A model generated the notes under the pieces. That model was not told where the DNA came from and ran no database searches. It was given only the letters and a program-made list of their open reading frames with translations. Below, in pieces: positions 53,431 to 64,000 of a stretch of 64,000 bases of DNA. The DNA is taken from contig NC_087245.1 of the NCBI RefSeq assembly GCF_037042905.1, positions 39,248,001 to 39,312,000 of the forward strand, given 5' to 3'. Every line of letters begins with the position of its first letter. Position 1 is the first letter of the stretch. The translations under genes were made by a program, and so were the position numbers. Origin of the DNA: Lytechinus pictus. Lineage: Eukaryota.

Positions 53431-55982
53431 CAAGAATAAAAAGAGAGAAAATGTTCTATGTATTACTTGCAAAAAGGGTGCATGTGATTATTTTTAAAAA
53501 TGTGTCTATACATTGCTCTTTTTATCATATATTTACATGTAATGCATGTTGTTGCCATAAGAACTTGGCATTTAATGCTTTTTTAAACGTATGTATACTA
53601 CCTGTCTGCATCGCATTTATCCTTATCCCTATTCGTCTCATTCACTTTGATGGAAAGTTATTTGAACTGTAAATTCACGTGTTAATAAACTGTCAATTCA
53701 CATGTTAATAAAAGTCATACGTATGTATAATCCCGAGCTGTCGCACCGAATTTCCTAATAGCTCATCATCAATCACAGATCCATTAACACCAAGTTCATC
53801 TTTGTATGCACTCTCGATCTGACGTTTACTTTCTCTATCACTGCTATTACATCCTCATAACAACTCCCCTTAGCATGTTTTTGGTACAAATTAAGTTGCA
53901 TTTCTGCAGCAGAAAAGGATTAATATTTTTGTTAAAAAGGGAGACATGTATCTGTTTTTATCAGTTAAGCTGCTGCATGAACAGCATCTTAACTGCTATA
54001 ACCAAGGATTGGGGCATGGGGCATGTGCCCCCTAAAATTCTTTTGAAAAAAACCTGAGTAGAAGTTACTTCACACATTTGACACAACCATATTTGCATTC
54101 TGCCTTCAACATAATTCCACCTTGATCTATATCATATTAAATAGTCCCTTTTCCAGAAATTTGATAACTGAAGCCTTTTAAACTGTGCTTGAAATGTCCG
54201 TTTTTAAGGACAGTATATACAAATTCAGCTTGCGCTTCGCGCTTGGATATAGCTTTGTGGGCGAGCGAGCGAATATTAAACAGGCAGGGACTTGTGCAAG
54301 CCACTTCGGATAATGAGTATAGATTAACGTACATGTACCATGAATCCTTTTTTGACGCGTTATGCCAGGTTGGTCCATATGACACCAAAAATCTGACCCC
54401 GTGATTTATAATTTGCTCCCTATGAAATCATGATTCCGCATCTTTTTTGCCCCCCCCCCCCCTCAACAAAAAGAGATCCAACCAAACTCTGGCAACGGAC
54501 ACGGGCCGAGCTACTTTCTGGGGGAGTGTTTCATCAAACAGTTTCGTCCAACAAGGAGACGACAACTGACAACTTTTCTTGAACTTTATCGGCTGAGAAG
54601 CACTGATACCATCACCACCATGGTAACTGTGGGTTAAAACGACTTGACGGATAAAAAATCTGACAAGTCCTTTCATCAAACACTCCCCTGACAATGCTGA
54701 CGTCATAATAGTCCTTTTTATGATCACTTTTTAACTAATTGTCTTTTCATGGGTTCCTCTTAAAACCTGTTCATGTTATCTCAAGGTTAAAGGTTTATTC
54801 ACATCAACATTTCACATTTTCAAAAAAATCAACAACTCAATACAAACAATAATATTATACAATACAAATTTTCATAGATAAGCATAAATAAATATCGTAA
54901 AATATGAAATGTATACGTAATATAACAATAGAAAAAAAGGTACTAGAATGTATTGTTGTAATTGGTTATGAAATAATGACAAAAGAAGAAAATGAGAGAT
55001 GTGGATATGAGAGAGCCAAAAGTAAAAGCAAGGCTTGTTGGTTGTTATCTACGCATTCTTTTGTTCTAAATCATGATTGCCACTTTCGTAGGGTAATTAA
55101 TTTTATTAATTCTGCCCTCCAATCGCAAGAAGAAAGTGATTACATTTTTAGCAATCGATAGTTTCATTTTTACCTCTGCTGTATGCTTATCTAGGCCAAA
55201 TTCTATAGTACACGAATTATCAACCAAGTAAACGATACGTTACGATGTGTACATGTACGCAGCATAGATATGCATTCTTTTGTACAAAGACATCATTGAA
55301 TTGCTCTGATTTAAGTCAGCATGGCAGACAGATTTCATTTGATTAACATCTCATGTTTTCTGTGGTTATTTAAGTGCCGCAACGATCCATCTATTGCAGA
55401 TTGAGACATACATGGGCAGAATATTGCGCACATCTCATAGAGGTCCACATTGCCAACGACACAAATGTAATTTTACATTGTACAAACAAGAAGGCTAGGT
55501 CAAGAAAATATAAATTTAGTTTCATATCTTTGAATTCGTGTATACATTCCAGTGGCAAAGATGGCGTTCCTTATTCTTTTCAAAATGTCTTTTTCTGTTT
55601 CCGAGACAATACACCAAATGCATGGAGAATGCTTATATACATCATAGACATAGAGAGTGCAAACATTACCATTCTGTGGTATGATATACTGTATAAGTAC
55701 AATGCAGAATAAATAGAGAGACAAAATGCAAACTCTGCCTTATTGTTGAATTTTCTTCGTGACCTCCATACATGCTAAAATATATTTATTAAAAAGAAGT
55801 TTATTTACTTTATCCTTGCATGAAAAACTACTGGTGGTGACTTTGCATCGCAGAGATGGGATATTTATATGTGTGCACGTCAACGCACGTCTTTTTTTTT
55901 TTTTTTTTTTTTTCTTTATGTCCCGTGACTAATCATACAGTACTGACAAAAATAAAAGTAATGTGTTCTGGTTCTTTCATAC

Positions 55983-56430
55983 CGCATACATTCGTAATTC
56001 CGAAGGTTCGTTATTCCGAAGGTTCGGATATTCCGAAGGTTCGTTATTCCAAAGGTTCGTATTTCCGAAGGTTCGTAATTCCGAAGGTTCGTTAGTCCGA
56101 AAACGAAATGAGGTTCGTAATTCCGAAGGTTCGTTAATCCGAAAACGAAATGAGGTTCGTAATTCCGAAGGTTCGTTAGTCCGAAAACGAAATGATTAAC
56201 GAACCTTATTTCGTTTTCGGATTAACGAACCTTCGGAACATCGAACCTTATTTCGTTTTCGGATTATCGAACCTTCGGAATAACTTCACAAATGTTCGGA
56301 TTAACGAACCCTTTTACGTTTTCGGATTAACGAACATCGAGGTATAGGCAATTTACGCGTTTCGGAATTACGAACCTTCGGAATAAAGAACCTTCAGAAT
56401 TACGAACCTTCGGAATTACGAAGTGTAACC
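55983..56430 (+). mobile_element. MULE/foldback-type element built of TTCCGAAGGTTCG tandem repeats
   Basis: Perfect 9-bp TSD ctttcatac; repeat arrays in inverted orientation; second copy at 62539-63022. Confidence 0.88.
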
Positions 56431-56446
56431 CTTTCATACACTCATA

Positions 56447-56864
56447 AGCCCACCGCACACCTTACGACTGTTCGTGATCCGATTTTGGAACAAATCGTAT
56501 TTTGCTCATTTTCTGAAAATGTGAATTGAACATATCATTTAATTTGAGGTTAAAATTAATTGAAATAATACTAATATAATCATCTTGAAAGATGGCAAGC
56601 CTTTTTTTTTTTAGTAAAGGCCAAATTAGTTTCAAATCGTAGCCAATCGTACGACTGTTATGACGTCATTACGACTAGATATTTAATTTACTTTTATTCT
56701 ACGAAGGATGATAGCATAGTCACAGATTTGAACATATAGACATTCGTACGATGATTTAGAACATTACACAGTAAGATTTTCCAAGTCTCAATATTAGCAT
56801 CACGTTCTACTACGTTTTATTCCAAAATTGAGTCGCAGACCAATCGTAAGGTGTGCGGTCGCCT
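56447..56864 (+). mobile_element. PIF/Harbinger-type MITE, copy 3
   Basis: Same sequence as 34812-35227; flanks ata/tta. Confidence 0.88.
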
Positions 56865-57086
56865 TTAGAAGTTATTTTAACCAACTTATATAAGTTGGTT
56901 AAAACAAAATTTCATGCAAAATAAATTGAGATGTTTTGACCAACAGTTGGCAGATTCATATTTGAACCAACTGTCGGTTGGATAAAAATAATATACTTCT
57001 AATTCCATATTTCGCGCATAATAAGTTCAGCCCCCCCCCCAACAAAAAAAAGGATAAAACATGATTTTCGAGAGACAGTCTTTATA

Positions 57087-58079
57087 CAGTGCGTATCAAA
57101 GAAAAGTTTACACTTAGAAAAAAATCCTGTAAAATTATAAATATGTAATATTCTGAAGATTTTTTCACATGTTAACATTGGTACATGTCCATTTAAGCAA
57201 ATGACGATATAACTGTCGAAAAATATTTCCGCTTGAGTGAGCACCACTTATTTTTGAAAAGTTAGTGAAAAATGATTTGCGCAGAACTTTGAAATAGTTA
57301 TGCGAATAAAAGTATACCTTAATCATGAAGAATACGTGGAATATAGCTAGTAAAATTGATTTGAAAATATCTTTTACCCCTTTTTAACTTGTTTCCTTGC
57401 CCAAAACACTTCGGAGAGTGCATTGCGCCCCACCTCACTCCCCCACACACCGAGGCCATCGTGACGATATTTGCTTTACACTGAGCTGTGATTTACATGA
57501 AATGGCTTAGGCTTGATTTTCATTTTGTTAATCATTGTCAATCCTGGAAAAAGTGTGGAGAACCAAGTATTAAATGAAAAATGAAATGTAAACCCACTTT
57601 AAATGATGGAAACTTAGTGAAAAAATGTTGGAGATGTCTGATATAAACATTTGTTCAGATTCAGTTATGTCCTCAGATCTAGCTGGCACAAAAAGGGTAA
57701 AGGTTGTGCTTACTAAGTGTTGAAATTTTAATTTGGGTGGCAAAATTGTTACAAAATGCTTGAATGTATCCGTTTTATTTCAATTGACTAAAAATGCAAG
57801 GGAAATGTCTGAGAAATGATTCGCAGGGTAAGTTTGATTTCGCCCTTTCCCCTTGACACAGCGTGAAAACGAGCATTTCTGCGCAAACAGATTTCTGCGA
57901 GCTTTACAAAAATGGACAGTGCTCACTTAAGTGTAACATTCTGTCAAAACTTTTACTTTCATTTGATAGATGAGACCCAAACCCAAGATTATATGTGAAA
58001 AAATTACCCACCTGTTGTATATTTTTTAATTCCCAGGGCTTTTTCAAAGTGTAAACTGTTTTTTTTTTGTTACGCACTG
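57087..58079. mobile_element. Tc1/mariner-type non-autonomous element (~1 kb)
   Basis: ta|CAGTGCGTATCAAAGAAAAGTTTACAC...GTGTAAACTG...TTACGCACTG|ta, about 100-bp imperfect TIRs. Confidence 0.88.
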
Positions 58080-58519
58080 TAGTTAGCATTTTTTGACGAT
58101 CTATTTACAGTTGATATCATAGTTATATTCCAATATCAATTAAACCGTTGAATAAATAGTTTTACAGTAAGAAAAGAAGGTCTGCATGGTAATGGTCACT
58201 ATCTTCGTCACCATCATCGTCTTCCTCATCGTCGTTTTCATCGTCGTCGTGATCATTGGCTTAATGATCATTATCAAACCCATCAGGTCGTTATCCATAT
58301 TCAAGACTAGATATTGTGCTGGCGTTAACAAGATTTCGCCATTCCTCGAAGGGTAATAAGAATGCACCTCTAGAAAAGGATGCGCTCTTATTACCCTTCG
58401 AGGAATAGCAGAATCTTGTTTGGTTTTACAACCGCTTAGGTACATGTATTCTACTTTAGTTTAGGTAGTTTGAAGGTGTGCAAAAAATGATGATAATAAT
58501 ATCTCATATTTCCCCAGAG

Positions 58520-58756
58520 TAGCCACATTAGCTATTAGCTGGTCTTCCAGCGGGTCCTGCATAATTATATAACATTTTATGATATTGTTAATATGTGTTA
58601 GTATTACCCCTCTCGACTCCAACATGCCGAACGCCTAGCTACATTTGTAGATGGCAGTAGGTACCACTTTTAAAGACTTTAGAATGACTCGACAATGAAT
58701 CGAACCATCAACCTTCGGTTATCACAGACAGGCGCTCTACTATTGGGCCACAGCGC
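58520..58756 (-). mobile_element. tRNA-derived SINE with Meta-domain-like core; body fragment also at ~20-110 (+)
   Basis: A box TGGCCCAATAG, B box GGTTCGATTC, then GAGTCATTCTAAAGTCTTTAAAAGTGGTACCTACTGCC; GAGTCATACCAAAGACTTGTAAAAATGG at position 20. Confidence 0.6.
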
Positions 58757-61700
58757 ATCTCAGTACATTGCTATCTTATGCTGATAGCTTACATGTATTT
58801 TATGAAAACTGTCAACATTATCTGGCACGTGATACAAACGGTGGTGTTTTTTGGAAATTGAAATGGATAAATGAAGATTGTTATTCATTTCAAACGACAA
58901 TAGGTTGTACATGAATATTTTATACATTATTTTTGTTCTTATAAAAAGCATCGATAAATGTTGAGCTTCCAAATGCGAATTCAATGATATTCAAAATTAA
59001 ATTCAAAGGGTTTGGATGTCATACACATATCATAGTAATTGTGTCTGTATTCAGAAATGATGAAAGTATTATGAAATTAATTTGTTTAGCAAATAGGGTA
59101 ATTGCATTAACCTGTTGCAGATACATGTACCGTGATTTATTTTCCTGAGGAAAGTAGGCCTCTAAAAGATTCCAGTTATCAGCTTCCTATGGAATTTATG
59201 TCATGATACTTACCACGTGTTTGTATGCTATATTTGTAATGTTATGCTTCTTTCTCACGTTTCTATTATATACAATGCCAATGACACATCTTTTATGACT
59301 TACATGGATTACCCCCCTAGGGAGAGAGAGAGGGGGGGGTAAACTTCAAGTTTTTGTTCATTGATACATTTCATAATGAACATCATTGATGATAAGAATT
59401 ATGCAAATCTTTCATTCATGAAGATCTTCAAAACATTGCACTTTGGAGCAGCATCTTAAGACTATTATCGATGTATTCAAGGACGAATCACAAAACGACC
59501 AATGTCCCAATTGCAATAATATCTGATCGGATTTAGAGCATGACCAGTGGAGGATCCAAAGGGGATGGAGGGGGCGGGCGGCTTCTTGTCAACTATCATT
59601 AATGCATCTGATTTCTATTCGATTCTCAACAACATGCCGTATCACGTTATATCGCTGGACGAGTGAAAGGGATTTGTTTGGCTTCAAGAGGGTTTTGGGA
59701 GGAGCACGGGGAAATGATCGAACCGCCTAGCTTCTAAACTGGGAAATGCATCATTTCCCCTCACCAAAAGCTTAAATGTTGCTGTTGGAAATAAATCAAT
59801 TTTTTATTCGTCCTATATGCCACGTCTTTTCCATGCGAGCTATCAAAGAAGAGTTGTCGGTGTTAGAATAACTTTATTGCTTGGGGTGTCGAAGAAGAAG
59901 AAGAAGAAGAAGAAGAAGAAGGGGGAGGAAACAAGTGGACTGTATACATGTACCAGTATTGTACTGTTGATTCCCAAGGCGCCACTTTGAAGAAAATCAA
60001 ATGCATATACATGCCCTATGGGGTTTAAAAGTTCAAATGTACACCCGAAAACTTGATAGAATAATTCAAATAAGTAAATATATGTATATCTCTGCCTGTA
60101 TACATTATGGTATTTACTTTATAAATTCAAATATGGACATGATGGTATGGTGACAGAGGACCTATACAATGTATACAAAATACAGTTTGACAAGATTGGC
60201 GCCATTTTCAACACGTACCTTACAGACCGATAAAGTTTATTTCTTGTAGGTTTAATCGGTTTATGCCTGCATTCCTTCTTGTCCTCTCTATAGTATTCTA
60301 TTCGAATGTATTTATTATGTTGGCGAACCTTAAACCTCGCCCTAGGGCTAACCAATATCTTAATGGTCATAATGATCAATACCCCTAAACCCCAAAACAA
60401 ATTGGTCAGCGCGCACGCGGAAGAGCGATGTCACTGACGCTTCTACATGTACATGTTCTACACTGTCAGTACACAAAATACGTGTTAATCATAGCCATTT
60501 TACTGCCAACATTTTCAATCATTCCAATGGATTTAAAATCGACGTTCTGGCGTCCGTACCACAAAGCTAAGCGTTCGACGTAAAGTTGATCACTGCGAAT
60601 GATTGCATATAAAGAGCAATGAACTCAGTCTTTAAAATCAGCCCTATGATCAAACGTTGAGTATTGTGTAACGGGGTTCTGGATGTGAAACCACCGCCAC
60701 CGCACATTAGAAAGTACTGGCCACAGATCTATATACTTCAATCAGGACTGGAATTCAATTATGTATTAATGTGGGGTCCATGAGAATTTGTTAAGGACCA
60801 AGGCCGACCTTCCTATAACGCAGCACTGGGTCTAATGTGTCAACATTCCAAACTAATGTACCTGGTGTTGTGCAGGTGTAGGACTTAATAAGATTAGGGT
60901 ATAAACAAACATTAATGTTGACTGTTTTAATGTTCTATTTGATATAAATCTTTGCATTTTCATCTATACCTAAGTAATTTTCATTGTACTTCAGGGCCAC
61001 ATGTCATAAAAAGGCGAGATTTATTCGATCAACCACAACTATGGAAAGCCAACAACGCCAACATCTTTAAACGCATGTTTATTCAAATAGTTTCTAGGTG
61101 CCGATGTATACTCATACATTCAGCGTTATCTTCATAAGGTCTCACGCGCGTAAAACATTCCCCATAGACTTGTGTGTTAAAATGGCACTTAAGAAAAATT
61201 CATAAAAAATAAATGTGAAATTAGAGGGTCGAATGTTTACTACCTTTGGATAGGATATATATCTGACATTCCATATCTGACCAGAGAAGGGTATCGTAGC
61301 CAGCTCATTTTAAAAATAAATCGCCATTTATGAAGATAACTATGATGGGATCAAATTCATCAACTGAAACAGTAAAATAGCCCCAATTCTTCCGCCAGTC
61401 AAAAAATAGTTCAAAATCATTGACATATCTTCCCAATTTGGGCAAAGGAAGTTCAGTAGTTACCATTTCTAGAATCAGTGTTAGATTTTGAATCATATTC
61501 ATACACTTTTGTCAATCAGCAATATCAAATTGAAAAAATTCGAATGGGTTGGGTCGAATGAATATCTTTAGCCCTCCTGATGTAATTAGGCTCATGGCAC
61601 CATAATTCAGTGAGCTCCTCTTTGTTTACAAAGGACATTGTGCAAATTTTCCGTAAGGAAAATAATGGCAATGGTGGATTTTCATACAGTTGACATTGAT

Positions 61701-62538
61701 CGCATCAATCATAATTCTTTGGAAGGTGGGACCCAGGGGCACGTTACACAAAGCATAGCATTGATCGTAGAACATTTTTCTACGATGGATTGCATTCACT
61801 ACAATGTACAATCAATCTTGAAAATCAAGCGTACGATTAATCGCTAAATTTTGTGTCACGGGACACACAGGTCTCTCCATTAAGGGAGGGATAGACGGAC
61901 ATCTAACGCTCCATTTACATGTACTTGTAAGAGTAAGACCTTAACCTTATCTCAATGGCCCGTATTATGGATTTGGGTTTAATTTTAACTCTGGTCAAAG
62001 TTTGTGGCCAGTATCTCTAACACTACAGGTTCGATTTATCAGCTTATCTGTTAGAATATGGGAATAACACTGAAATAGTTTTCTTTACCATTGTAGCACG
62101 GTGGAAGAGCAAATACATTGTTATTAATATTATTTTTAAATTCATTTTTGGCTTCCCATAATTTTAGCTCAGAGTTAATATATTAATAATAAAATATTAG
62201 ACTGAGAAGAAATTTCATCGTGTTAAATAACAAAAGAGGACCAGGCAGCAGCGAGGCATACTACAAATAGGATGTCCCCTTGATCGGTTATGAAAAAAAA
62301 AAAAAAAACAAGTTTGCCTAACACCACAGAGTTAAACAATTTTCTGGGCCCTTTCATGGGTCCCAAAATTTTGAAAACCTGAAATCCAACATCGGGTAAT
62401 ACAAATATTTCTAAGAATATGGTTTTACCGCCCCTTCCAGATTAGTGGCAGTTTCTTTATATTGGTTGTACCATGGACCTGCTAGTAGGTCCATGGTTGT
62501 ACATTAGACAGGTCTCCCTTGCAAAACATCCCAATTGG

Positions 62539-63022
62539 GGTTACACTTCGTAATTCCAAAGGTTCGTAATTCCGAAACACGTAAATTGCCTATACCTCGA
62601 TGTTCGTTAATCCGAAAACGTAAAAGGGTTCGTTAATCCGAACATTTGTGGCGTTATTCCAAAGGTTCGATAATCCGAAAACGAAATAAGGTTCGATGTT
62701 CCGAAGGTTCGTTAGTCCGAAAACGAAATAAGGTTCGATGTTCCGAAGGTTCGTTAGTCCGAAAACGAAATAAGGTTCGTTGTTCCGAAGGTTCGTTAGT
62801 CCGAAAACAAAATAAGGTTCGTTAATCATTACGTTTTCGGACTAACGAACCTTCGGAATTACGAACCTTATTTCGTTTTCGGATTAACGAATCTTCGGAA
62901 TTACGAACCTCATTTCGTTTTCGGATTGACGAACCTTCGGAATTACGAACCTTCGAAAATACGATCCTTCGGAATAACCGAACCTTCGGAATAACGGAGC
63001 TTCGGAATTACGAATGTATGCG
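62539..63022 (-). mobile_element. Second, inverted copy of the MULE/foldback-type element
   Basis: GGTTACACTTCGTAATTCC...GGAATTACGAATGTATGCG; flanks cccaattgg/aacaattgg (7/9 match). Confidence 0.85.
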
Positions 63023-64000
63023 AACAATTGGATCGAACGGGACCACCCTTGTCTTTTTGAAGAAAACGTAAATGAATGAATGAATAAAATAATTTGTAAG
63101 TTGATAAATAAATGAATAGATAAATAAGTGAATAAATAGATATATGAATAACATAGAACGAATAAATAAAAATAGGTTAAACCTGGTCACGCCAGTAATA
63201 TTGCCTACCCTCCTAAGTTTTATAACCTAGTTCTGCATTGGTAACCTTTCTTTATTGTATATCAAGTGAGTCGATTTCTAGTCACTCATATATGGGATAA
63301 CACACATCATCGTCTGTTATTGATCGATAAGTATCGAACGATTGTTTACAGATAGCATACATTATGTAGGTCTGGTATGTTCTTTTCATGCAATGATTTT
63401 GTTTTTCTTTGGTCCTCGCTTTGCTTTTATATTCTGTATTTCTTTCAATAACATTCAGATGGGGGGCATGGATCCCCTGAATTTTCACGACCAATGGGAA
63501 GAAAGGAGAAAAGGAAATAAAAAATAACAAAATGGAACGAAAAGGGGTGAAGCATGATAATTGTTTTTTTAATACTATGTCAAAATCTAACACAGAATTA
63601 GCTTTTTGTTTTTAAACAGTCATTTCTTTGCTCACTCGCTTTGGTATTTAGAAAGTTTGCCCCCATACGCCATGTCTGGGCACCCTCAAAGTTCTTGGCT
63701 CATCACGCTATTGTCGCGCCCTCCCAATTTTCTTAAATGTTCCAAGTGTATTTTCGGATATCACTAAATAGTCGATATTTTTCAATTAGTTTAATATCTT
63801 GACACCATTGTGCAGAGACATGTTCTCTGAAATGCATGTGTGTTTTTCTTACAATTTATGCATATCAAAAGGGAAGGATTGGGTTCTATTCTTTAAAACC
63901 TCAATGATTCACCAATGCTAGCCCTGGAAATTGGCAAATAATTATTGAAAACTGGATACCAAGTTTTAAGTAAAACATATCAGGGTATATAGGTCTACTG

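Noticed and set aside
55983..56430. CRISPR-like regular repeats (also 62539-63022)
   Set aside because: No unique spacers, arrays are inverted around a centre, flanked by a TSD, eukaryotic context, no cas genes
56875..56904. Perfect 30-bp palindrome TTTTAACCAACTTATATAAGTTGGTTAAAA
   Set aside because: No flanking duplication; neighbours similar CCAAC/GTTGG units, so likely part of a decayed repeat

Overview
AT-rich, intron- and repeat-rich animal genomic DNA. The repeat complement suggests an invertebrate deuterostome such as a sea urchin (inference, not a database result). Three spliced protein-coding genes can be rebuilt with consistent intron phases: (1) the 3' three exons of adenylate kinase 2 (AK2, +, 1360-3599; P-loop exon lies upstream of the window); (2) a complete eIF2B delta gene (EIF2B4, -, 10 coding exons 25109->10639, 528 aa); (3) an unnamed 383-aa CABIT-domain (Themis/GAREM-like) adaptor gene (+, 5 coding exons 35819-44111), probably head-to-head with EIF2B4. 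The rest holds many non-autonomous DNA transposons (Harbinger-, Kolobok-, piggyBac-, Tc1/mariner-, hAT-, MULE- and Academ-type), tRNA-derived SINEs of three kinds, LINE 3' remnants and microsatellites, several nested with the empty site visible elsewhere in the window. Most notable: an in-frame ATG-GCG-GCG-TAA mini-uORF plus a GC donor in the predicted EIF2B4 leader; a 902-bp AcademH-type element with 9-bp TSD carrying a RecQ helicase remnant; two 22-24 bp palindromes between 7-8 bp direct repeats resembling P-element-type excision footprints; and a tandem repeat that duplicates an EIF2B4 splice donor. No CRISPR, rRNA or true tRNA gene was seen, and no multi-gene novel system can be supported from the sequence alone.
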